Positions 6,612 through 17,777 of a stretch of DNA of 38,801 nt are shown here, in pieces; the stretch's first letter is position 1; each line of letters begins with the position of its first letter. The stretch comes from a virus. Taxonomy: Duplodnaviria; Heunggongvirae; Uroviricota; Caudoviricetes. The notes beneath the pieces were generated by a model. It was not told the DNA's origin and ran no database searches. It saw only the letters and a list, made by a program, of their open reading frames with translations. The stretch covers positions 166,718 to 205,518 of IMG/VR virus record IMGVR_UViG_3300025602_000002, one strand, 5' to 3'. A program made the position numbers and the translations under genes.

Positions 6612-8651
6612 ATGGATATTCAATCACCATTAGGAACTGTAGTAGGGTTAGGAGCCTCAGCAGTCCCGTCGATTCCACAACCAAAAAGGCGTACTAAATT
6701 TAGAAAACTTATGAACGCCTCTTTAGTAGGAGCATCAAGTGCTATTTCTACGTTGGTGCCTGGCGCGCCCTTACAAAGTGCAGCAGCGGCGTCATTAGCT
6801 CCGGAAGGGAGAAAGGTGCAAGCAGCTCAAGCAGCCCTTACTGGGTCTATGTTAGGGTCTTTACCTGGGGCGGCACTGTTTACTAGACAATTTTTTGCAA
6901 GTAATAAAAAAAACATAGAAGATTTAAAAGGAAAAACATTCAACGACATAAGCGATGTTACAAAGGCCTATTTAAAAAATCAAAAGCAGTTAGCTAAAAA
7001 TTTTATAAAACAACCAGATTTACCATCAAAAGCTTTTCAATTATTTACTAATAAAATAAAAGGCACCTTAACAAAATTTAAAACATTCAAAGTACCAGCA
7101 GCCGCGTTATTAGCAGGAAGTGCTATAGGTTCTGGCATAGGATACCATAGGAGTACAAATATGAAGAAACAAGGAGAGTTTTCTAAAGCAGAACTATTAT
7201 TTAATAAAACTGCAGGACCGACTGCTGCAAGCGTGGCTGAGACAGGGCAGAAGGTATTAAAAAGAACTAAAGAGTTATTTTCTGGCAATAAGATGAAGTC
7301 TAAGATAGATGCAGCTAAAAAGAGCGGGAAAGAGCTTGACGCTAACGAGGCTGGTAAAGAAATTGTAAAAGTATACGCTACACGAGGTGCGGCGGGTACA
7401 GGCGCAGCAGCTGTATTAGCAGACGCAGTTATAGATAAAAAAGCGGAATATGTATTTTTAAAAGTTGCAATTAATGCGAAGGCATTAAAATTAAAGGCCA
7501 TAACAATTGCCCAGGAAGCGAAAGCAACCTCAGATGCGGTTGTTAAAGGAACTTCAAAAAGAGTAGTGAAAAATAAAAGTCTGGCACCCGTAGATGCCCG
7601 ATGGACCTCTTCTGGAGGTAAAGGAACCGCTGCGAATACTTCGAAATCTTCGAAAGCGTCAGCAGCTTCAACTACTTCGAAATCTACAAAATCTACAAAG
7701 GCTACAACTTCAACTGCTCCGGCAAAAACTGAGCAACCTGCGGCAAAGAAAGGAATAAGTTTAAATGCTAAACTTCTAGGGTTTGGCGCAGGAACAACTC
7801 TCGCAGGAATAGGGATAGGGCGCGCTAGTAAAACTGGATCGGTATCTGCTAGATATTTGGAACTAGTAAAAGGTAGCCGTCTAAAGGGCCTTAAACAAAG
7901 TAAAGCAGATTATATAAATAAATTAAAAACTGTGACCTCTAAACTTCATAAGGATCATCCTAAGTATACGGAACTATTAAAAAATGTAGAAAAAGAGATT
8001 AAAATCGAAACAGCTAAAGTAGTAGGAACAGTAGTAGGAACTCCTACAGCAGCAGCTACCTTAGTAGGCGGAGCTATGTCTTTAAATAAAAAAGCAGAAG
8101 CTGTAATGAGTAAATTAGGTAAAAAGTATCCTTATATAGATTTAGCACATGATCTAGAGTTGTCTAGAATAAGAGAAGAGCTACAAGCGCGAGCGCATGC
8201 TAGAGCCTTACAGGAAAGTCCTTCTGGCAAATGGAATAAAGAAAACGCTCCAGAGTATTCGGCGAGCTCAAAAAAGGAAAGAAGTAAACAATATAGGACT
8301 GCCACAATACCTAAAACAACGGGGGTCGGAGCAGCATTAGGAGCTTGATCAGGTACAAAATGGTTAGGTAAAAATCCTCCTAGTAATTATTGAGCTGTAA
8401 ACCCAGAACCGCTTTCAGTATTAAGAAAAATGAAAGGTTTAGGAAAAAATGTTGCAGTAGGAGCTGTAGCGGGTGCAGCGTTTGGAACAATGATAGCAGC
8501 TGCCGTAGGGAGCGATAAAGCTCAGCGAAAATATTTGAAAGTTAAAGGATTAAGAGGCGGTCAAGATCTTACCAGTAAACAGCTAAAAAAATATGTACCA
8601 GAGGCTTTAACAACGTCTAGATTAATTAATGATATAGACTACGCATCTTAA
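6612..8651 (+). CDS. Large basic Ala/Gly/Lys-rich putative virion protein (679 aa, 2 TGA=Trp)
   Basis: Track ORFs 6612-8348 and 8430-8651 are in frame and separated only by TGA codons; three internal tag copies; several GxxxG hydrophobic segments. Confidence 0.75.
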
Positions 8652-8669
8652 AGAGTGGGAAATAATTAA

Positions 8670-8892
8670 ATGAAAAAACAAGCAGTAAAAGACTTAGTTA
8701 CCGAAGTAAAACATCTGACTCACATGATTGAGGGTAAAAAGGGTTTTAATGTAATGAGAGGTCTCTACGGACCCAACGCAATTGCAAATTTTGCTAAATG
8801 AAAAAAAAGCAAATCCTGGAAAGAAATATAAAGATTATGCTCAGTTATACAAAAAAGCAGAATACATTTTCTCAAAAATAGTCAATGCCTAA
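8670..8892 (+). CDS. Small tagged protein interrupted by a +1 shift at an A8 run
   Basis: ATG 8670 frame reaches TGA 8799 then A8 (8801-8808); the +1 frame gives ANPGKKYKDYAQLYKKAEYIFSKIVNA and ends ATGCCTAA over the next start; unshifted frame ends at 8831. Confidence 0.5.
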
Positions 8893-9427
8893 ATTCTTTC
8901 CAGTACCAAAATTTAAGATAGATCGAGGATTCGATCCAACCCTCATTCAACAAAAAGCTGGATGAGACAATATCTTTTTGCAGGGACGAAAGAACAAAGC
9001 TAAATATAGAGCCTTAATAGCTAATAAATCTATACCATTTATGAGTAGAGAAGTGTTTACTAGGAAACCCCTCCCTAACGTTACTAGGGAAGGTTATAAT
9101 GGGATCTTAACCTCTTTTAAGAAGGTAGCTCAGGTATTTGAGAAGTATGCTAAATATACCTCTTGTAAAATCAAGTTTAAGAAACTTCAAAAACATAAAA
9201 AACCTCTAACTCCAGAAGAGCGCGCGTTAGTGATGAAAAGCAAAGCAGTTTGGAATTTTCATTTTGGTAGAGATGGCAAACGCCAAGCAACTCCGGCTGT
9301 ATGGAAATCGGTACAACCTGATGGTAGAACTATATATGTAACTAATACTCATCGAGCCTTTAATACAGCTCCTACAGTAAAAGGCGCAATTAACAGATAT
9401 CACACATTTATAAAAGGAACAGCATAA
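8885..9427 (+). CDS. Hypothetical tagged protein (180 aa, 1 TGA=Trp)
   Basis: ATG 8885 in frame with track ORF 8978 via TGA 8963; internal KVAQVFEKYA tag; compact C-terminal domain KAVWNFH..TPAVWKSV..YVTNTHRAF. Confidence 0.75.
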
Positions 9428-10149
9428 TGAATAAAGCACAATACATATTTGAAAAATGAGCTTCAACTGCGATGATAAGAGCGGTTAAGGCTAGAAAGAT
9501 CTCTGCAGAAGCAGCGGGAAAAGCTACTCAAACTTTAGGACTTAAGTCTAGATATTTAAAAGATTTGGGCCAGGGAGTTGAAGGGTTGGCACAGTTAAGG
9601 ACTTCCGCAAAACACCAACTTCAAGTTGCTAAACTCTATGACCCTAAGGGAGGGCTTTCGAGTAAAGAGGTATTAAAAGAAAAAGTTCGTACTTTTAAAA
9701 CAATGTCAGGCAAAGGCAATTTTGCCAAGTATTATGGAAAAGATCCTAAACGACCCATCACTTTCCACGAGTATAGTCCAGGAACTGCCGGAATTGGGAG
9801 CTCTATAAAACAAACTCTTCTAACAAAGGCACAAGCTACACTGAGAGGTGTACCTATGGCCGACGTAGTTAGAAACCCAGGAAACATTCAGGGTGGAAAA
9901 ATAATTGACTTCCTTCCCGCAGGTAGAAGGGGGCGCAAAGCTCTACAAACAACCACTGTCGGGAAACAGACTGAGGGATTTAAAAAAGCGGTTAAGAGTG
10001 AAGTGTGGAAGGCTCTGTCTTTAAAGAAAAAACCAGCTGCAGCTATAGAAGGTATTAAGTACCAAGCTATAGATTTTGGAAGTAAGTTATTAGAGAGCGG
10101 TATGACCCGAAATTCTAATATACCTAAAGCAATATACGGTAAGAAATAA
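9427..10149 (+). CDS. Tagged atypical protein-kinase-like protein
   Basis: TAATG start, MNKAQYIFEK(TGA=W)A tag; LGQGVEGLAQL, VAKLYD, TFHEY, DVVRNPGNI, KIIDF. Confidence 0.65.
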
Positions 10150-10150
10150 A

Positions 10151-11551
10151 ATGGATAAAGCCCTACACGTATTTAATAAGTATGCTGCCGATCAGCCCCA
10201 CCAAGCTAGAGTATTAAAGAAGCTTGAGAAGACTGATCAAATGTTGTTATATCACGGCTTAGGTTCTGGTAAAACCTATACGGCATTACGTGCAGGTGAA
10301 AAGTTTAAGAAACCTGTAACAGTTATAGGCCCTGCAGCTTTAAAACATAATTTTCCTAAAGAGAGGCTTAAGCATAAAATAAAAGGGGAAGGTTCTTATT
10401 ATTCTTATAATAAACCTCCAACAAAAAATGTTTCAAAAGACGTAGTTGTATTCGATGAAGCCCACAGAATGGGTAGAACAGAGTCCCAACGTTCACACTA
10501 TCCAGATAAAATAAAGGGTAAGAAAACCCTGCTTCTATCAGGAACTCCTATTAGAAATGAACCTGCAGAATTAATACCGCTTTTACGGGGTTTAAATATT
10601 AATATAGGTAGAGATAAAAAAAGATTTAACCAGGCGTTTATTCAAGAGACTAAACAAAAACCTGGATTTTTTGCACGAGTATTTAAGGGTATTAAGCCTG
10701 GAACGGTAAAACGTGGGAAAAATTTAGGAGTTCTTAGAAAAGCTCTACGAGGCAAAGTAGATTATCATGCCCCAACTAAAGATAAAAATTATCCTTCAGT
10801 TATAAATGAGCGTATAGAAACTACAATGTCTAAAAAACAACAAGCAGCTTATAAAATGGTTATGAAAGAAGATCCTGATTTAAAGTATAAAATTAGGCAT
10901 GGAATAGCTCCTTCTAAAACAGAATCATCTCGAATGAATGCATTCTTAGGAGCGGCACGCCAAGTATCTAATCGTCCGGGCAAATACAATTTAAGCGCTA
11001 CAGAGGCCGATGCTCCTAAACTAAATAGAGCGATGTCAGAAATTTCTAAGAGGCATAAAGCTAATAAAAAATATCGTGGAGTAACTTACTCTACATACTT
11101 AGGTCACGGAGTGGACCCAATGGCCAAAAGACTTAAGAGAACTAAGATACCTTTTGGCACCTTTACAGGAAGACAGACTGACCTAGAAAAAGCTGATGTA
11201 GTAAAGAAATATAATTCTGGCAAGATTAAACACTTACTTATATCTGGAGCGGGAGCAGAAGGGCTTGATTTAAAAGGAACAAGGCTTCTTCAAATATTAG
11301 AGCCTCATTGGAATGAACCTACTCTAAAACAAGTAAAAGGTAGAGTAAATAGATTCAAGTCTCATGAACATTTAAAAAAACAAAATCGAAATATAACGAT
11401 TCAAACATATATTAATAAGCCACGTAAAACTAGATTCTTACGTAGACAACATGCGGGAACTGATGAGTATCTAGAATTGCTATCAAAAAATAAACAAAAT
11501 CTTGTAAATGATTTTACTAAAGTATTAAAGGAAGTAGGAAGTGATGGATAA
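10151..11551 (+). CDS. Tagged superfamily 2 (SNF2/NPH-I-like) helicase/ATPase
   Basis: LLYHGLGSGKT (I), VFDEAH (II), SGTP (III), GAEGLDL (V), QVKGRVNR (VI); N-terminal MDKALHVFNKYAA. Confidence 0.9.
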   Translation: MDKALHVFNKYAADQPHQARVLKKLEKTDQMLLYHGLGSGKTYTALRAGEKFKKPVTVIGPAALKHNFPKERLKHKIKGEGSYYSYNKPPTKNVSKDVVVFDEAHRMGRTESQRSHYPDKIKGKKTLLLSGTPIRNEPAELIPLLRGLNINIGRDKKRFNQAFIQETKQKPGFFARVFKGIKPGTVKRGKNLGVLRKALRGKVDYHAPTKDKNYPSVINERIETTMSKKQQAAYKMVMKEDPDLKYKIRHGIAPSKTESSRMNAFLGAARQVSNRPGKYNLSATEADAPKLNRAMSEISKRHKANKKYRGVTYSTYLGHGVDPMAKRLKRTKIPFGTFTGRQTDLEKADVVKKYNSGKIKHLLISGAGAEGLDLKGTRLLQILEPHWNEPTLKQVKGRVNRFKSHEHLKKQNRNITIQTYINKPRKTRFLRRQHAGTDEYLELLSKNKQNLVNDFTKVLKEVGSDG

Positions 11552-11996
11552 AGCTGCGCAAGTATATAATAAATATTTTTATAAGTTTGGAATGGCGAGA
11601 GTACCCTCGTTACAAAGTTGGGATGACGTTATTAGCCAGGTAAAGAGCCATACCCGCCTTAAACCAAAATTGGACCGCGTAACACGAATGAAGTCAGTTA
11701 CGTCTAATAGGAATGAAGGAAAAGATATAATAGAGAAAGTATTACCAGAAATAGATATAGTCAAAACTAAAATGAATATTGGAGATAAAGGGGTGGTACA
11801 AACTAAAAACCATCAACTTATATTTCACAGAGCTAATCCGGATTGGGGAGAAAGCGGTGATATGCATATGTCAACATATTATACAAAAGACATGCCCATT
11901 CAAAAAAGGTTTGGTGAAAAACTAATTAATTTTACTGATGCTAGTTTAAAAAAGAAAATAAAAGACAAATATCCAGAATTAGAGATGAATTGGTAA
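11544..11996 (+). CDS. Hypothetical tagged protein
   Basis: MDKAAQVYNKYF start overlapping the helicase stop. Confidence 0.75.
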   Translation: MDKAAQVYNKYFYKFGMARVPSLQSWDDVISQVKSHTRLKPKLDRVTRMKSVTSNRNEGKDIIEKVLPEIDIVKTKMNIGDKGVVQTKNHQLIFHRANPDWGESGDMHMSTYYTKDMPIQKRFGEKLINFTDASLKKKIKDKYPELEMNW

Positions 11997-12000
11997 ACTA

Positions 12001-13284
12001 GTGCAAAATAAACCCTCTATATCAGACCACTATCAATATGGTAAACGTCTTCTTAGGCATAAGGCCTTTATGATTAGGCCCGGCAGGACTATAGGAGCCC
12101 CATACGGGACGCTTTTAGCTCATGACCTCTCTAAGTTCCGCCCAAGCGAGTGGAAGCCTTATGTAGCCTATTGGCAGGGCCCTAAAGGTATTACTGGTAC
12201 GAAGGATCCAGAAGTAACTAGAAAATTTAGAGAAGCAGCAGCGCTTCACTACAAACGAAACCCACATCATGCCCACAAACTTGGTTTGGTCTCTGAAAGA
12301 AAAAATAAATTAGAAGCAGTAACTGATTGGTATGCGACCTCAAAAGCTAACCAAGCTAATACAAAGGATTTTCCTAGTTTCGGCACCTGGGTGAGAACTC
12401 AAAGCCCAGCAGCTAGAAAGAACTTAATAGATTTAGGAATAAACACGGAGAAATTAGCAATGCAAGATAAAGTAACATTAATATTTAAGAAATATGCAGA
12501 AGTTCAGGATTTAAAAGCTAAAATCAGGAGCGGAGTAACAAATATAAAAAATAATGAAGGAGTGGCAAAAGCTACCGCTACCGTAAAAGCTATAGATAAG
12601 AAAATTAATTGAAGTAAAGTAGATAACGTGGCTACAGGGTTAGCCGTAGGAGCGAAAGGTTACCATCTTAAAACCGTACATTCACAGGTGAAGGCGGGTA
12701 AGGCCGCTCAAAAGGAAATGGCAAAACAACCATTTATGAAGGACGTTCCCGGGTATGTAAACTCTAAAATGGGAGACAGTGTAAGCGTTATTCACGATAA
12801 AGCCAGTTCTAAAAAATGAGTTAAGAAAAATGTAGGTAGAGGACCAGGAGGTTTTATATCTCATCAAATGAATAAAATTATATTAAAGCAACCTAACGCG
12901 GCAGCTACTATGGGTAAACACGGCCCCGCAGTTATAATTGGATCAAAAGGGTCTTCTCAAAAAATTATAGATCACGAACTAGGACATATCGCGGATTTTA
13001 AGAATAAGGGTCTTACTTCTCCAAAAAAATTAGGAAAACATTCAAGAGGAAAAGCAACAGATGTTTTTCATAATCTTGTGGGCAAGCCTGAAAAAACAAA
13101 TAGATTTAAAATGGAAATCGATGCTTGGGATAACGCTGGAGTACCTGCAGACGACGCTCTTAGAGTTAAGGCGTTAAAAACTTATAGGCAACAAGCAGTA
13201 GGGGGAACTAGATCTGGGATAGCTAATTTAGCTACAACTGCTTTTAAAGCGTTCACCACTGCAAAAAAGAATAAGATAATATAA
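12001..13284 (+). CDS. DUF5662-like HD-type domain fused to HExxH zincin-like domain (427 aa, 2 TGA=Trp)
   Basis: Track ORFs 12001-12612, 12628-12819 and 12868-13284 are one frame joined by TGA; LLAHDLSKFRPSEW...HYKRNPHH; internal DKVTLIFKKYA tag; DHELGH...EIDAW. Confidence 0.75.
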
Positions 13285-14018
13285 TGGATAAAGCACAGTA
13301 TATATTTGAAAAATTAGGAAAAGACTCTTCAGCTACCAGAGATTTTTTCGCAGGAGTAGAGCCTACCGGACGTTGGACATTTGAAAGCGCTATTAATAAT
13401 AAAGAAAATCATAAAAGGCATATGGGTACAGCGGTTGCAGGAGGTTTTATAGGGAGCTCTGTAATTACTCCAGCAGTGTTGTCTACTATGGTAAAAGGGC
13501 CAAGCGCCTCTAGACAGGCCGGACCCGGCATAAAGGCTAAAGCCCATGCAGTAGCTTCTGAAGCTTTTAAACCATATAAAGTATTAGGGCAGTCTCTTCA
13601 TGCGCGTAGTAAAATTAATAAAGCATTAAAAACTAAATCTAAAGTATCTAAAAAAGATTTTTCTGTTATTCTGGATACATTAAAAAACCTGTCTATAAAG
13701 GATTTAGAGAAAACAAAAGGTCCTTCAGAAAAAGGCAAGGTATTATGAAAAAATAAACGAGGGGATACTATAAAATCAAAAACTAACTTTAAGGATGTAA
13801 TTAAGGAAACATTTACTAGCGCAAGAGCTAATCCAAAGATACTGAAATCAGTAAGACACGGGTTAAACCGAGGTATAACTTTAATATCTTCTGGAATATT
13901 AGCGGCAGGAGCTATAGGAGGGGTAGCAGCAGGAGCTCAATATAATTCTGGATTAAGAGCGCGCAAGATGCTTGTTCCAGGGACTACAAAAAAATCTAAA
14001 ATTTTGGAGACAAATTAA
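13284..14018 (+). CDS. Tagged basic protein with hydrophobic Gly/Ala segments (244 aa, 1 TGA=Trp)
   Basis: MDKAQYIFEKLG; readthrough of TGA 13746 ends at a TAA overlapping the next ATG. Confidence 0.8.
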
Positions 14019-14746
14019 TGAAAGATAAAGCAACTTACATATTTGAAAAAATAGCTAAAACAGCGTTAGTAAGGGCCTTTAATCGTGGAACATTGTCGCT
14101 TAACAACGTAAAACGTATTTCACAGAGCTTACAGTTGAAACCAAGAACTTTAAGAAAGGCTGGTCGAGGCAATGAGGCGCTCGTACAACTAAGAACCTCT
14201 CCGAAACATGGAGTAGAAGTGGCCAAAATTCATGACACGACTAGTCCAATGTTTAGCCGTAAAGCCTTTAATACTAAAATACAAGTTTCAAAAAAACTGA
14301 ATAAATCACCACATTTTGCTAAGTTTCACAGAGCCGATAAAAAAAAGAAAATAACATACCAACAATATAGTGTTCCGAGTGAAAAAACATTTGACGAGCA
14401 CGTAAAACTTATAAGAAGTGCACGTAAAGATTCTAGAAAAATAATTGGTAAAACCGTGCAAGATCTTCACTCTTCAAATGTTGCTGGAAATAAAGTAATT
14501 GATTTTTTATCTCCAGATATAGCAAAAAACAGATCCACTGAACTTGGCAAGATATTTAGTAAGGGAAGTAAAAAAAAGTATAGAGCTAGAAAGCATATGA
14601 AAACCTTATCAGGACAGGCTAAACATGATTTTTTTAATAGACCCTCTTCAGAAAAGTCTACATATGATAAATGAACAGTTCGCATGTCTAAGTACAAAAA
14701 AAATAAAATAACAGATAGTAACTTACTTAAAAAGGTATATGGATAA
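14018..14746 (+). CDS. Tagged atypical protein-kinase-like protein, paralogue of 9427 gene
   Basis: MKDKATYIFEKIA; AGRGNEALVQL, VAKIHD, TYQQY, DLHSSNV, KVIDF; 1 TGA=Trp. Confidence 0.7.
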
Positions 14747-14750
14747 AAAT

Positions 14751-15359
14751 ATGAAAGATAAAGCAACAATAGTATTTGAAAAATTAGCGGGTAGATCCGT
14801 AGAAAGTTTAGGACTGATTCCTGAAGGTATGACTGTTAAACAATGGAACGACGACTATAATGCTGGCTATGAAAAATACAAAAAAATTCATGGTAAAAAG
14901 CTACACGCATATGATAAGCAATATAGATCGACCCATACATATCCTAAAGTTAGTAAGCAGCAGTTCAAAAAGAATAGGCGAAGAGCAGTATTAAACGCTG
15001 TTGGAGTGGTGGTGGCGGGGGCTCTTACAGGCGCAGCAATACTTCGTAAGTATGCAGGATCAAGAGGGTTAAAACGCCTTAATAGAGTATATAAGAGTGT
15101 TGACAATTCTCGTAGCTTAGCATTTAGACAATCAGAAAAAAATTGAAGAAACTACGATAACCATACTACTAAGAATACTGAAAAAATTCTAAGACTTGGT
15201 AGAGTATGAGACCGTTCTGCTACAAAAACAAACATACTTGATAAGAAGACAGAGCTTGCAGGAAATAAATTATATAGAAAAAAACAAGAAGGGAAACTTA
15301 GACATGTAAAAGGCATGATGAAAACTATTAAGAATGGTGATGAAGTGGGATTAGCCTAA
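14751..15359 (+). CDS. Tagged basic protein with one hydrophobic helix (202 aa, 2 TGA=Trp)
   Basis: MKDKATIVFEKLA; readthrough ends at a TAA overlapping the next ATG. Confidence 0.8.
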
Positions 15360-15961
15360 TGGATAAAGCAACAATAGTATTTGAGAAACTAGCAATCTCT
15401 ACAAGACATATAAACAAGGCTCTAACAAAGTCCAAATTACAAAATACTAAAAATTTGTGAAACGTACTTGATCCTAAAAGGCAGAAATACAGAAACCCAA
15501 CACGACTAGAATTAAAGGCTGACTCTCTAATTCACAAAAATAATACTAATCTACGAAAAAGAAAAGCTGGAAGATTTGACCGAACACAAGATCTTGAACT
15601 TATGAATAGTATAAAAACTGCTGAAGGCCTAACTAAATCTCAATTACAATTTTCAGGGGTAACTGCGGCTACTCAAAATAAAAGACTTCTTCCAGGAAAT
15701 ATAGCTACAAAGGCACAAAAGGCAGATATTACCACTATTAAATTACAGAATAAGGCAGCAGTTAAAGCGTCACAACCTTTTTTACTTAAGAAAACAGCAA
15801 AGTTTATACCAAAAAATCTTAAGGCTTATAAACTGAAGAATAGTATAAGTAAAGCTAAAATTTCAGATAAGAAAAATACTATACTCCTACAGAAAGAAAA
15901 AAATAGTGCAGCAGCAAATCGCATAGAGATGGCGAAGAATTGAGCTAAACGATACAAGTAG
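15359..15961 (+). CDS. Tagged Lys-rich protein (200 aa, 2 TGA=Trp)
   Basis: MDKATIVFEKLA at 15359, in frame with track ORF 15602; TAG stop. Confidence 0.8.
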
Positions 15962-15968
15962 TAAAAAC

Positions 15969-15997
15969 TTGACTAATTTAAATAAATAACTTATAAT
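15969..15997 (+). promoter_or_regulatory. Sigma70 promoter, predicted leaderless transcript
   Basis: TTGACT, 17 nt, TATAAT, 5 nt, ATG 16003. Confidence 0.75.
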
Positions 15998-16002
15998 AAA
16001 GT

Positions 16003-16254
16003 ATGTACATATTAATAGAACACTCTGGAAGTGACAAACATATTGAAATGGCAGAGTTTATTAAACAAGCTGCGGAAGACTTAGGATTTACCTACGAAGA
16101 AGCTGCAACTTTAGCGGATGAACCTTTGACTATATACGACGAAGATTTAACTAAGATAGCGGAACTAAAATCAATTCCAGATAGTTTTACGTTACATTAC
16201 TATTTATCCACCATGGAGGAAAAAGATAATGACCCAAATAATTCTATATGATAG
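16003..16254 (+). CDS. Small acidic KxA-motif protein
   Basis: Ends TGA-TAG, so one extra Trp under code 4; KQAA and KIAE motifs. Confidence 0.7.
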
Positions 16255-16522
16255 AAACCCAGAAAAAGATGCATTAGCTGCAGAGTTTTTTGATAAAATA
16301 GAAAAAATGGACCTTTTTGAAAAGAAAGCAGATATACCTATGGACACAGATAGCGATTTTGAAAAAATATTTATTAAGTGTGCAGAGGAATGGAAACCAG
16401 AAACATTTGCAGAATTTAAAGAAAAAGTTGCAGAAGTATTTGATAATAAATTAGATGCGCGCCTGGAAAGATGGGAAGCAAAGCTTGCTATAGATAGACA
16501 TCTTTTATCAAAATTGTTTTAA
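16229..16522 (+). CDS. Small acidic KxA-motif protein
   Basis: 97-aa ORF overlapping the upstream gene. Confidence 0.7.
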   Translation: MTQIILYDRNPEKDALAAEFFDKIEKMDLFEKKADIPMDTDSDFEKIFIKCAEEWKPETFAEFKEKVAEVFDNKLDARLERWEAKLAIDRHLLSKLF

Positions 16523-16588
16523 CCATAGGATGACATTAAACAGAAAATAAAGTACTATGAAAAAGGGTACTCTCATATTTTGAAGAGT

Positions 16589-16945
16589 ATGGACTATAAA
16601 GACTGGGACTATTCCTATTCTGTTCATAAAAATAAAAAAGGTACTCATTTCGATATGAGATTGTTTTGTCCCTCCGGAGCCGAGCTAGTGTATTCGTGAA
16701 GTTCTAAACATAACTTTTGAAAAGAGCGATATCCAGTACCAATTATTCGCACTAAAGATCACGCTCTTTCAAGTATAAATTACGAGGAAGATAGTGAAGA
16801 AAACATAGTTAAAATAGTCTCTAAAGGAACCGCCCTTTTGCTTGATGCTGAAAAGGGATTTTTGTTATTTAAAACAGAATTAGGCGATATTTTTAGTTTA
16901 AAGAATTTAAGAGGCAAACGCTATATCTTCACGTCAATAAAATAA
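16589..16945 (+). CDS. LigD 3'-phosphoesterase (PE)-domain-like protein (2 TGA=Trp)
   Basis: HKNKKGTHFDMRL...VYS(TGA=W)SSK...RTKDH matches the HxxxxxHxDxRL...SW...xxDH signature; start uncertain. Confidence 0.65.
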
Positions 16946-16946
16946 T

Positions 16947-17777
16947 ATGAAATACCCATTTATAAAATATGTAGAAACGCTAGTTATGCGTAAATTACCC
17001 CCAGAGGATGTAAAGGCGGGCTTAGATATCTATAATCTTGAAATGCCTTTGTCAGATATCATGGTTATTAGAGAAGGACTAGAGAAGGCTTTTCCTGAAT
17101 ATTTTAAATCTCCTGAGATTGTGCCTCCTTCTGAAGTATTAGAACAAATAAACATAGAAACAATGTTTGCATATTTATATAAAGTATATACTCCTAAAAG
17201 CGTTAAGGGAGTTAAAGGTTCTTTTGAAGTAGTAAATGATATGCTTATGTATAGATTAATTACATCACTAGCGCTTGCGAAGATAACAGAAGAAGATATT
17301 GAGCTTATAGTTAATGGGAAATTTAATATCGACTATGAGCATGAAGATATAGAATCTTTCTTACACTACTTCTTTGATGTACAAGGTTGAACAATTGCTG
17401 ATAAAAAAGCATTAGTGCGAAAAACCAAAGAACATTTTTTACAACACGCATATAGAACTGCTCTAGAACATGATAAAAATTACTTAATTTGAAAACTTGG
17501 AGCATCTCCTGATAAATCTTTTGACTCCATGTTAAAGGATATGATGAATGATGCGTATTATAATTTTACCGAGAGATCAACAATTGACCCAGAACTTGCA
17601 CAAAAATGAGGAGCGTTAGCTGTTAAGCTGGCAGACAAATTAGAAAAATTAGATAAAGATAAAAAGAAAAAAGAAGACTTCTTTGCCGAAGTAACGTTTG
17701 AAGTAAAACAGCACAGAGCTGGACATGTAAAAGATTCTGACGAACCCAAACATATCCTGGATTTGATGAATGAGTAA
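16947..17777 (+). CDS. Hypothetical protein (276 aa, 3 TGA=Trp); possibly packaging-related
   Basis: Open to TAA 17775 once TGA is read through; overlaps the next ATG (ATGAGTAA). Confidence 0.75.
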
